DNA of 64,000 bases from Octopus sinensis (Eukaryota). The stretch lies in contig NC_043012.1 in assembly GCF_006345805.1 (NCBI RefSeq), positions 3,410,001 through 3,474,000 on the forward strand. Reading direction: 5' to 3'. A program made the translations under genes and the position numbers. Numbering within the stretch: position 1 is the first letter of the stretch; every line of letters begins with the position of its first letter. Shown piece by piece: positions 13,543 to 24,902 of this stretch. Below the pieces are notes generated by a model. That model did not search any database. It saw only the letters and a list, made by a program, of their open reading frames with translations, and had not been told where the DNA came from.

Positions 13543-13762
13543 CCCTTTTGTTATCATATTTCTGTTGAGGTATCTGTGTTTCTTTCAATTAATTTTAAAT
13601 ATAACAAAGAATTTAGTAAAATAACTTAGTTACCATTAAGCTAGTGTTAGGAACATAAATTGTGACTAAGGTTTGGTGAAGATTTTAAATCAGAACTTTT
13701 GAAAACAAGACATTTGTACTACAGAGCCAGAGGCAGTTTCAGGTGGGTCGGTATCAAAAGGG
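13543..13762. mobile_element. piggyBac-type MITE 1
   Basis: TTAA at 13539-42 and 13763-66. TIRs CCCTTTTGTTATC / GGTATCAAAAGGG match 11/13. Partial copy at ~54358-54420. Confidence 0.8.
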
Positions 13763-13811
13763 TTAAACGGCTAAACATCCTATCCCTAAACTGCAACAAT
13801 CATTACCTTAA

Positions 13812-14030
13812 CCCTTTAACATTTAAACCAGTCCTATCCAGCCCAAATATTCTACTTCTTTTATTCTCAAACAGGCCAGATTTGACCTCTCGTACTTACT
13901 TTATGATGTCGTACTAAAAATATATAATAACATCTTCATATTCTCAAAGCTATGAGAAAATGCATGATTAATTCAGAACAATGAGTACAGTAAGCATTAC
14001 ATTTCACAGAGTAATCAGAATGCTAAAGAG
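13812..14030. mobile_element. piggyBac-type MITE 2
   Basis: TTAA at 13808-11 and 14031-34. TIRs CCCTTTAACATT / AATGCTAAAGAG. Related copies at ~50820-51041 and 52528-52757. Confidence 0.75.
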
Positions 14031-14765
14031 TTAATATCTGTGTACAAGGAAGCTTTTTTTGTAATTAATGAGAATAATTAATATATGTATGTAGGCTTTA
14101 GCATATTTAATTTATGAAGCATTAAAAAATTCTAAGCTAGAAATAATTATGCAGCCAGACGAATTGGGAAACTCATTAAAGCATTGGACAAGCTGCTAAC
14201 TAAACTCTGCTGTCCTAATTTTATGAAATTGTTAAACACAGCTAAAATATTTATTCATAACAGACTGTACCAGTGACGTGTAAGAGTGTCCATGCCAGTA
14301 TCACATAAAGGCACCGGTGCCAGTTCCACATAAAAGCACCCAGTACACTCTGTAATGGAGTTACTGTTAGGAAGGACATCCAGCCATAGAAACCATGCGA
14401 TAACAGACAATCGGAGCCTGGTGTAGCTCTCTGGCTGGCCAATGGATGTTAAATGATGATGGTGATGATAATGAGGATGATGGTGATGATGATTCTTTAT
14501 GGATCTTTTGTTGGTTTTGATGATGAGTACTCCAGATGTCTGATCACCTGAACTGCTTGCTAATTGATTTATTGTGATACCCTTTATCATTTAGATTAGC
14601 ATTATCCAATAGGCGCAGGAGTGCCTGTGTGGTAAGTAGCTTGCTTACCAACCACGTGGTTCCAGGTTCAGTTCCACTGCGTGGCACCTCTTCTACTATA
14701 GCCTCGGGCCAACCAAAGCCTTGTGAGCAGATTTGGTAGACAGAAACTAAAAGAAGCCAGTTGTG

Positions 14766-14802
<37 letters not shown>

Positions 14803-16554
14803 ATATATGTTTGTGTGTTTGTGTTTATCCACCCATCAAAGCTTGACAACCAATACTGGTGCATTTATGTCCCCCGTTACTTAGCGGTTCAGCAAAAGAG
14901 ACCAATTGAATAAGTACTAGGCTTTCAAAGAATAAGTCCTGGGGTCAATTTGCTCAACTAAAAGGCAGTGCTCCAGCATGGCTGCAGTCAAATGACTGAA
15001 ACAAGTAAAAAGAATAAAAGAAAAAAGAACCCAAATATTCTGCGTTTCGTGTTCAAAGTGACCAGATCCAGCATCTCACACCTACCCTACACTGTCATTC
15101 TAAAAGTAAACAATCACAACACCAAAATCTTGAAGCTACGAGATAATACATGATTAATTCAAGGTAGTATTAACAAATAGTGAAGGTGCATGGCTTAGTG
15201 GTTAGTGTTGGACTCATGATCATATGACTATGGTTTCAATTTCTGGGCCAGGCGATATGTTGTTTTCTTAAGCAAAACACTTCATTTCACTTTGCTCCAG
15301 TTTGGCAAAGATGAGTGATCCTGCAATGGACTAGTGCCCAGACGAGGCTGGAGAACGGCCACAATCAGATGTTTGTTACGTCCCCACAGCACGGAGGCCA
15401 GTCGATGTGGTACTGGCTACGGCCACGTTCAGATGGTTTTCTTATGTGCCACCGGCACCACAAAGATACAAATTCCATTGATGTTCATCTATTTTGAATA
15501 AATAAATAAATATATAATGTTAAAGGGTTAAGTGGCTTAGTATTCCACAAATACTTGTATTCTCAAGATAATCCTCAGGGATTATCGATGTGAACATTCG
15601 AGCATGGTCATTGCCACTGTCGCCGGTGTGGATCCCATGCAAGTAGCCTGTAAAAAACACCTTTTGAGCGTGGTCATTGCCAGAACCGCCCGACTGGCCC
15701 TCGTGCCAGTGGCACATAAAAGCACCCACTACACTCTCGGAGTGGTTGGCGTTAGGAAGGGCATCCAGCTGTAGAAACTTTGCCAAATCAGATTGAGCTT
15801 GGTGCAGCCTCTGGCTCACCAGTCCTCAGTCAAACCATCCAACCCATGCCAGCATGGAAAGCGGACGTTAAACGATGAACAAACAATTCTGTATAACAGA
15901 ATTGCATATCGCATGACAAGCTTTCACATTGTTTCCAGCTACGCAATTTCACAAGGCCTGGTTAGACCTGAGAGTAAAATAAAAAAACACTTATGATTCA
16001 CCAAATAAAATCCAAGCAAATTAGTTAACCATTCAGCCATGAAGTATTATCTTCCTTGTAGCCATAAAGTGTCATGTTGAACTAATTTCTTATGGATTAG
16101 TAAAAAAAAAATTTAAAAAACGGAAGGAAAGTGCACATATTTATAAAGCAAACTTCTCAGACATACACCCCATACATGACATACAATATACTTATAACAA
16201 TAATAAATCTCTGAAATATCATTTAATGTATACAGTATTTAAAATAAGTGATACTAATAGTTACTTGCCATAGGGGCACTGTGATATTTATCTCTCACTT
16301 CATGGAGTACTTTTTTTGTTGAATTCTACTTTAATAGAACAGTAGGATCATCATCATCATCATTTAATGTCCATTTTCCATGCTGGCATTAGTTAGTTTG
16401 ACTGGAGATGGTAAGCTGGAGAGCTGCATCAGGCACTCTGTTTTAATTTGGTTTCTACGGCTGGATTCCCTTCCTAAACCAACCACTCCACAGAGTGTCC
16501 CGGGTGCTTTTCCGTGTCATCTTATATATATGTATGTATGTGTGTCAGTGTATG

Positions 16555-17325
16555 CAGGGTGCAGTGAATAAACTGTTGTCTAAATTACGCAAAAATGACA
16601 ATAACACTGACATCCCATTTTAACAGGTACACTTACCAAAATTGCATAAAGATATCTTGAAATACTAAAGAGTAAATTTATTTTTTTTTAAATCGCCATT
16701 GGCTTCAACCATGACCTCCAGATGACTTAGGAATCTCCTGCCATAATCCTTGCCTTCAGTTCATCTTTGGTGTTACAAGGAGTTTTGTTGGTCTCTTGCT
16801 CAACTACACCCCACAAATGATAATCAAGGGGGTTGCAGTCTGGGGAGTTAGGTGGCCAGTTGTTAGGGGTGATGTGGTCGCAGAAATTGTCTGACAGCCA
16901 TGACTGGGTTCTCCTGCTTGTGTGGCATGGTGCGGAGTCCTGTTGCCAGACATAGGGCTTTCCAGCAGCACTACGTCCTCCAAGCACTTGATGTAGGCAC
17001 CATGTTGAGTATGAGCCCATGTGGGAAGATGAATGGAGGTATAACATCACCATCACTAGTGTTCTCTCCAAACATCATGATGTTGACTGGATGTTTGATT
17101 TTTATCACTCTCGGTACATGTCCTCAGATTGACACCCAAACACTCTGAAATGTTCATATTGGAGCTTCCAGGGCAAATGCCAAGCAGTACAGCATGTCGT
17201 TTCCAAATTTCTGGCAGAGTGAATTGTGTCATGGTGCTGTTTTTCTTACAGGTGGTGGTGCCCAACTGACCCTACTACACTGTAGTTGACAAAATCAAAA
17301 ACAAACAATGCGTATGCACGAAATT
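16555..17325 (-). mobile_element. Internally deleted Tc1/mariner element with DD37D (maT-type) catalytic spacing
   Basis: Minus-strand YVWQQDSAPCHTSRRTQSWLSDNFCDHITPNNWPPNSPDCNPLDY, with 37 residues between the two Asp. Frameshifted, and the high-coordinate end is overwritten by a family B repeat. Confidence 0.8.
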
Positions 17326-17874
17326 TGAGCTGGACTGGCTCCTGCGCAGGTGGCACATAAAAAAACACCATTTGAGCATGGCTGTCACCAGAACCGCCTG
17401 ACTGGCCCTCGTACCGGTGGCACGTAAAAGCACCCATACACTCTTGGAGTGGTTGGCATTAGGAAGGGCATCTAGCTGTAGAAATTCTGCCAGATCAAGA
17501 TTGGAGCCTGGTGCAACCATCTGGCTTGCCAGTCTTCAGTCAAACTGTCCAACCCATGCTTGCATGGAAAATGGACGTTAAACGGTGATGATGATGATGA
17601 TGATGGTGATGGTGATGATGATAATGTCACATAAATGTAAATTTAATGTGCAAATTTGTAATTAGATTATTGAGTATTGTTGTTAGAAGCAATGATGACC
17701 AGTTTATTGTTAGTAATAAATAATTATCAACTTCCTAATCTCCATTTCCTTTTCTTCTTTTAAATGTATGTGTGTGTATATATGCGTGTGTGTGTGTGTG
17801 TATATGTATGTGTGTGTCTGTATATATATGTGTGTGTGTGTATGTATATATATATATGTGTGTGTGTCTGTCTG

Positions 17875-17921
<47 letters not shown>

Positions 17922-18759
17922 TGTGTCTATATGTGACCAACCAGGCTATGAGATGTTGTTACACATCACTAGTCACAATGTGCTTTTGCATTGTTTTAGC
18001 CTTTAAATGAGACCATCCCACTGGCTAGCCAGTGGGACCAGAGCAATGTGAAATGAAGTGTTTTGCTCCAGGACACAACTCGCTGCCCAATCAGGGAATT
18101 GAGCCTACGATCTAGTGATTGTAAGTGCAACAGCCAAACCACTATGCCATGTATGTATATACATATATATGTGTGTGTGTGTGTGTGTGTCTATATACAC
18201 ATATATTCACATAGATGTTCATATAAAAAGCAGGCATACACTTATGTTCTAAAAACACTTGTATGTCCACTTCATGAGTCCAACTACATCCTTGCAAACA
18301 CACATACTGACATAACATTCACACATATATACAAATATACCCACACCTACATATATCCATTAATTCTCACTCACAAAGTCACATTTCCCTGAAGCCGTGT
18401 TGACTCAAACAAAGAAATCCTGTTAATCTGTTTAAGAAACCTGTTTGAATTATTTGAAGAAGAAATTAAATAGTATCTCAAGGAAAACATATATGTATCC
18501 TGACATGAATGCATATATCAAGAATGTATAATTATTCTTGTTTCCGTAAAGGAATTTCAATTTCTTGTTTTACCAGTATAAAAGTTATACAAAATAATAA
18601 CAATAATAATAAAGAAGTAAAAAGAATGTAACCTTAATATGTTGATTGATTGATTGATTCTAGTTTCAGCTCACGAGCTGTGGCCATGCTGGGGCACCGC
18701 CATTTTCTTACATATTTTTTCTTATGTTCTTACAGATTTTTTTGTTTTTATTTTTTTAG

Positions 18760-18935
18760 GTGAAAATAGCATCTGCTGGCTTGGCAACATTAAGCAGCTT
18801 GGACCAGTTAATGAATTTGGTGAGGAATCTCCGTACGGTACCGACGATAGTAAAACACCATTTCCTATTCGGCCGACAGATAAGCGAAGTTATGCCCAAA
18901 GCTGTGTTGTTTGGATCAAAACATCTGGTTTACAA
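18760..18935 (+). CDS. INTS14: Integrator complex subunit 14 (VWA9), internal coding exon
   Basis: Pyrimidine tract plus AG at 18758-59 and donor GTATGT at 18936. Translates (G)ENSICWLGNIKQLGPVNEFGEESPYGTDDSKTPFPIRPTDKRSYAQSCVVWIKTSGLQ, matching the recalled INTS14 segment WLG..QLGP..PYGEDD.K.PFP..KRSYAQ..VWIKPSGLQ. Starts in phase 1 and ends in phase 0. Confidence 0.93.
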
Positions 18936-18982
18936 GTATGTCATCACTCATACACACAGACACTGTTTGATAGTTATTTTTA

Positions 18983-19350
18983 TTCTCCTCCTCCTCCATC
19001 CCACTCAACTCTTTCTTCTTCTTCTTCTTCTTCTCCTCCTCCTTCTCCTTCTTCTTCTCCTCCACCTCCTTTTTCTTCTCCTCCTCCTTCTCCTTCTCCT
19101 TCTTCTTCTCCTCCTTCTTCTTCTACTTCTTCTTCTCCTCCTCCCCTTCTTCTTCTTCTTCTTCTTCCTTCTCCTCCTTCTTCTTCTCCTTCTTCTCCTT
19201 CTTCTTCTCCTCCACCTCCTTTTTCTTCTCCTTCTCCTTCTCCTTCTTCTCCTTCTCCTCCTTCTTCTTCTACTTCTTCTTCTCCTCCTCCTCCTCCCCT
19301 TCTTCTCCTTCTTCTTCTTTCTTCTTCTTCTTCTTCTTCTACTACTACTA
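18983..19350 (+). repeat. Complex (TCC/TTC)n polypyrimidine tract
   Basis: About 370 nt of almost pure C/T, with an internal ~150-nt higher-order duplication. Confidence 0.95.
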
Positions 19351-19649
19351 GCTTTTGTATATTCCTTCCTTATTTTGTCTTCTTTAACTGCTTTCACTTA
19401 TTGGACTTCAGTTTTTGCTGTGTCACCATCTCCAAGGTTAAACTCATTTACATAGACCCCAGTATTTTTTTTTTCATCAACTCCTGAATAACAAAACACA
19501 AAGTAGACCTGGGTGGGAATTGAACACAGAATGTAGAGATATTACCAAATATCACAGGACCCGATACTCTGCCAATAATGATGGCATGGGTTAAACAAGA
19601 GTTCTTGCAGCAACATTCTATGGTTGCATTAATCTTTACCTGTTTTCAA

Positions 19650-20215
19650 GCAAGGGACTTAATTCTTAAGGTTGTAGTCCATTTCAAACTCAAAGAAAAA
19701 AAGGAGCCAGAGTGTCTTCCTGAAGGATACCTACTGTTGTTGGGAACTCTTTAGTTGACCTTTTCTATTCTTTGCACAAATCTTGATGGGTTTTTGTACA
19801 TGATGGTTAATAGCTTCGACAATTTCATCTGGGACATTATGGTTCAACAGGTTAGGTAGAGAAATCCACAAATACTATTTATGCCTTTTGCTTGAAAATT
19901 CAGAGTTCTTTTGTGATTCTTTTAAAGGAGAAGATCTATGATAGCATTGATCTGCCTTTGCAGAAGCCATTTTGATCCCAGTGCAGGATAGAATCAGTAT
20001 GAGGGGCAATTCTGTTAAGGATAATAGAGTTGTAGATTTTTGAGGTTAGAGTTGAAAATGTAAATTCCTCTGTAGTTCCGAGGTAGGTAAAAAATTACCT
20101 TTCTTTCAAAGTAGAATAATTGAAGACTTTGAAAATGATGTTGGTGTAGAAAACATTCTTTTTTATAAAGCCAAAATCTATTCTATGAAGAAGGAATTTC
20201 AAGATAACCTAGATG
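19650..20215 (-). mobile_element. Degenerate LINE reverse transcriptase fragment
   Basis: Minus-strand NYRGI..KIYNSIILNRIAPHTDSILHWDQNGFCKGRS..FVDFS (non-LTR RT N-terminal motifs), interrupted by stops. Confidence 0.7.
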
Positions 20216-21628
20216 TTATACATACCAAGTTTCCTTGAGGCCTCAAAACATTTCATTGGCAGGAAGCAATTCGCACGTTTTACTGGCTTTGCTGGACCAG
20301 GCCATAACAGGTGTTATATTCTGGAGACATTCACACAATAATGGAGGATGAAGCCCACTCAACTACGTTGAGAAACACAACATGAAATTGAGAATCTACA
20401 AAAACTGATGCAGAGCTGAAATTCTAGGCCTGGGTGATATGCATCTCAGCTGCAGCCACTTGAAGAAAATGATTTTATTCCATTTGTCTTCCAATGTCAA
20501 ATAACCTTGTTACAAGACATAATAATTATGTGGAACATTAAATAAATGTCAGTGCTTCCCATGCAGTGTCAAAACAGACACACACAAACAGACAAATGCA
20601 CGGACACCACATGGATGTCTGCAATTTATTGCTGAACTACTTAAGGCACAAAGGATTTGTTTATAGTGGTTGGCATTAGGAAGGGCATCCAGCTGTAGAA
20701 ACTCTGCCAGATCAGATTCAAGTCTGGTGCAGCCATCTGGTTCGCCAGCCCTCAGTCAAATCGTCCAACCCATGCTAGCATGGAAAGCGGACGTTAAACG
20801 ACGACGATGATGATGATGATGATGATGAGCAAATGTTTGTGCTGTACATTAGCTCACTTCCTCCATGAAATCAATGTTGCCTGAACAGGTGCACAGTGTA
20901 CCACATGTCAGGTGCCACAGTGACTACATAGTAACATGAGCTGAAGCATTTTGCTTAAGAGCATAATACAATATCCAGTCCAGAGATTGAATTCCCAATC
21001 ACAGGGCCATGATTGCAACACCCTAACCATCAGGACATACGCCCTTACATAGATATCTGTTACTACTGCACTAGTCGTCACTCATGAGTGATAAGGACCT
21101 GGTAGCATGTGACATGCTTTCATTAATTGTTTTTGTTGTCTATATGGTTGAAAGCAAACATAGACATACTCTTAGTCCTCACCCTTGATCCAGTGGGACT
21201 GTGAGGTTGTGGCAGCTGGAGACAGAGAGAGGGTGTGTTTGTGTGTTACACCAACAGTGAAACAACACTCATTTGCAGCTGAGCAGACTGGAACAATGTG
21301 AAGCGTCTTGCTGAAAGACACAACACACTGCTTGGTGCAGGAGAGGAAGCCATGGCCTTGTGATCATAAACCCAACACCCTAACCAATAGGCTATATACC
21401 TTCACACACACATATGATAGGCTTCTGAACAATTTCCATTGACCAAATTTCCAAACAATGATAAGAGAAGACTCTTGCCTAAGGTGCCATGTAGAGAGAT
21501 TGAACCCAAGACTACATGTTTGCAAAGCAAACATCTAAACCACATAGCCATGTATGCACCTATAAGTAAATGCATGATGGTATATAATTACCTCTATCAA
21601 TCTATCTATGTGTGTATAAACTCATATT

Positions 21629-21669
<41 letters not shown>

Positions 21670-21689
21670 TATATATACATACATATGTT

Positions 21690-22065
21690 GTGTCACTCCA
21701 GCGGTTATCACAAGGATTCCAGTTGATCTGCTCAACAGAACAGCCTGCTTGTGAAATTAACCTGCAAGTGGCTGAGCACTACACAGACGCATGTACCCTT
21801 AACGTAGTTCTCAGGGGAATTCAGCGAGACACAGAGTGTGGCAAGGCTGGCCTTTTGAAATACAGGTACAACAGAAACAGGAAGAAAGAGTGAGAGAAAG
21901 GTGTGGTGAAAGAGTACAGCAGGGTTTGCCACCATCCCCTGCCGGAGCCTCGTGGGGCTTTAGGTGTTTTTGTTCATTAAACACTCACAACTCCCAGTCT
22001 GGGAATCAACACCGTGATCCCACGACCACGAGTCTACTGCCCTAACCACTGGGCTATTGCACCTC
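21690..22065 (-). mobile_element. tRNA-headed SINE family D (also 32476-32857 +, 34245-34505 -)
   Basis: Head AGTGGTTAGGGCA..GATTCCCAGAC and shared body CTCTTTCACCAC..CAAAAGGCCAGCCTTG, matching the other copies. Confidence 0.75.
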
Positions 22066-22090
22066 CCACACACACACACACACACACATA

Positions 22091-22305
22091 GGAGGGGTTC
22101 TGAAAGGTTCCTGGCTTTAAGGGTATTGCAGAAGGCCTGGTTGGAGTCCCAGCTTTCCAAGTTCTTTTACAGGGCTTAGAAAATCCTGAAAGACTGCTGC
22201 AATAAGTGTGTGAATCTGAGAGGGGAACATGTTGAATAAAATCATAATTAACTGATCTTCCTATATTTTCTTTTACCCAAAAGCCAGGAACTTTTCAGCA
22301 CCTCC
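22091..22305 (+). mobile_element. Mariner-derived MITE (~215 bp)
   Basis: Inverted ends GGAGGGGTTCTGAAAGGTTCCTGGCTTT / AAAGCCAGGAACTTTTCAGCACCTCC. Internal NKCVNLRGEHVE* resembles a mariner C-terminus. Confidence 0.75.
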
Positions 22306-23318
22306 TCATGTGTGTGTGATGGATATATACATACACATGCTTCGCTTTGCTTCATGCTCTTGCATGATGAGACTAGGGTCATCCCAGGTTAGTGGTCTCA
22401 GAAATGTCCTCATGCATAGAGCTGACCAGATTCGCCAGTGCTCTCCATCACTGGTGGTCCTGTGCCGGTCCCTCTGCATCTTCCAATGTGAACACACACA
22501 TATACAAGTAATAATTTTATATTCGGGCATACACCTTGTAGTATGCCTTTTAAAGCCCGTGCACAGTATTCGGCTACCTGATGTCATCAAATGTATGGAT
22601 TCAAATGCCAGTGGATTTACTTCAGGAATCCCTTCATGTCCGTAGACTTTATAAAATTATGAGAGAAAGGAAATGGAATTCATGAGATTCTTTATTATTT
22701 ATTATGATAGTTTTAACCCATCGTGCACTGGTGCCCTGCAGGTGAGATCCTGTACAAACAGTTGTGGTGCATCAAAGGTGCAAATGCATTTCATCAGGTG
22801 ACTTGTCAGAAGGTACCTCGTTTTTTACTTTCCTTTTCACCTATTTCTATTAGAATACATTTTAGTTATAGTGTGTTACTCGGCTACACAAGGAACTGGG
22901 TTGTAATGTAGAACTGTGCTCATGTAAACAACAAGGTGACTTACAATGACCTAAATGATATGTTGCACACTGATAATGTATAGGAATGTGTGTGGGTGGA
23001 CACATAAGTTTGTAGATAAATTTGTTTGTATGTATATCTATACGTAATTTACATGGAAAATGTGGATAAGTGAGTATGCATATTTGTGTGTGTATGTTGC
23101 CATGATTAATCACTAAATCCACAAGTTTTTTTATTCTCTGTTTATTTCCTCATATTCCTTTCTGTTGAAGAGCATAGGCTCAAAACATAAAAGACTTTCT
23201 CACTTGCCAAGCGTCAAACTAATACACCTGCTTCATCTTTTGTTGAATACACTTGTCTTCATCTTCAAATTTCAACTAGATATTATACATATGTATTATA
23301 TATATATATATATATATA

Positions 23319-24902
23319 GGATGATGTGGTAATGGAACAATGCTGTAGACAAGGCCATTAGAGCAAAGAAACAGGATTGGAAGGACTGGAAGTGTGCAGG
23401 TAGCAGGGAATTGCTATCCGACTTGACAGTAGCTTAGTAGATAAAGCAGTTATGGACATGAAGACAGGGAAAGCCCCTGGCCCATCAGGAATCACCCCTG
23501 AGATCCTTAAGGTTTCTGGTGGAGTAGGATTTAACCTAGTCACCTGTATCGTTAATCAGGTTGTCTACAAGGAAGTCATACCTAGCAATTGGTGTAGCAG
23601 TATTATAGTCAACTGCTACAAAGGCAAAAGTGATGCCTTAAGAATAATTACAGAGGCACTAAATTGCTGGACCACATAATGAAAGTCACAGAAAGGGTCA
23701 TAGCTCAATTAATTTGGAAGAGAGTTAGTATAGATGAGATTCAGTTTGGATTTGTGCCAGGCAGGAACACAACTGATGCTATATTCCTGGTTAGGCACCT
23801 GCAGGAGAAATATCTCACTTAAAATAAACCCCTGTACCTGGATTTTGTTGACACAGAGAAAGTCTTTGACAGAGTCCCCACTCCCTTATCTGGTGGTCAA
23901 TGTAATAGCTAGGGGTAGATGAGTGATTGATGAGAGCTGTACAAGCAATGTGTATAGTGAAGAATTCCAGGTAGGGGTCCACCAAGGATCAGTTCTCAGT
24001 CCCCTCTTATTCATCATAGTCCTCCAGGCACTAACAGAGGAATTCAAGACAGGATGCCCTGGGAGCTCCTCTGTGCTGATGACTTTGTTCTTATAATTGA
24101 ATCACTACTAGAACTAGAGAAGTTTCAGGTGTGGAAGCTTGGTCTAGAATTGTAGGGTCTTAGAGTTAATCTAGCAAAAACCAAAGTCTTAGTAAGTAGG
24201 AGAGCAGACAAATCACAAATCCCTTTGGGTAGACGGCCCTGCTTGATCTGTAAAAAAGGTGTAGGTAGTAACTCCATAGGTTGTACCCGACGTAAGCTAG
24301 GGACACATAAGAGGTGCAGCAATATCAGAGGAAGGTTAACAGGGAAAATAATTTTTGTGTTTATGGTAGATGCACAGGTGCAATAAACACCGATGATGTA
24401 CAGAAAGCAGATTCCATCATATGCCAGGGCAAAAAAAACTAGAAGTAATTGATAGCTTCTGTTACCTTAGGTGGCCAAGTTAGTAGTGGGGGTGCTAGAA
24501 TAAGAATAACCTGGGCAATGGTCAGAGAGCTCCTACCTCTGCTGATAACAAAGGGCCTTTCGCTCAGAGTGAAAGGCAGACTGCGTGATGCTTGTGTGCA
24601 AACAATCATGCTACATAGCAGTGAAACATGGGTTGTGACTGCTGAAGACATGCATGGGCTTGAAAGAAATGAAGCTAGTATGCTCTGCTGGATGTGTAAT
24701 GTCTGTGCATACATGACAGAGTGTGAGCGCCTGAGAGAAAAGTTGGACATATGAGACATCAGATGTGGCGTGCAAGAGAGACGACTTTGATGGTATGGTC
24801 ATGTGATGCATATGGATGAAGACAGTTATGTGAAGAAGTGTCACACTCTAACGGTGGAGGGAACCTATAGAAGAGGTAGACCCAGGAAGACATGGGATGA
24901 CA
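23319..24902 (+). mobile_element. 5'-truncated, frameshifted RTE LINE (RT region to C-terminus)
   Basis: MKTGKAPGPSGI, QFGFVPGRNTTDAIF, VGVHQGSVLSPLLFIIV, LCADD, LITKGLSLRVKGRL..SETW and GRPRKTW. Same family as 1-300. Confidence 0.9.

Noticed and set aside
17710-18392. ORFs rich in CV/YI/HT dipeptides (also 33181-34735, 41885-42230, 48375-48623)
   Set aside because: Translations of TG, TA and CT microsatellites.
1-18759. Search for the upstream INTS14 exon (LHGSLKVEG / DSKKKSNL region)
   Set aside because: No matching sequence found by eye. It probably lies before the window.
18654-19487. 277-aa ORF and overlapping poly-Leu / poly-Arg ORFs
   Set aside because: Only 18760-18935 is exon. The rest is read-through into the TCC/TTC tract.
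22310-22645. 111-aa and 94-aa ORFs in apparently unique sequence
   Set aside because: Minus strand shows AQDHQ*WRALANL, typical of a decayed LINE 3' end. No splice-supported gene.
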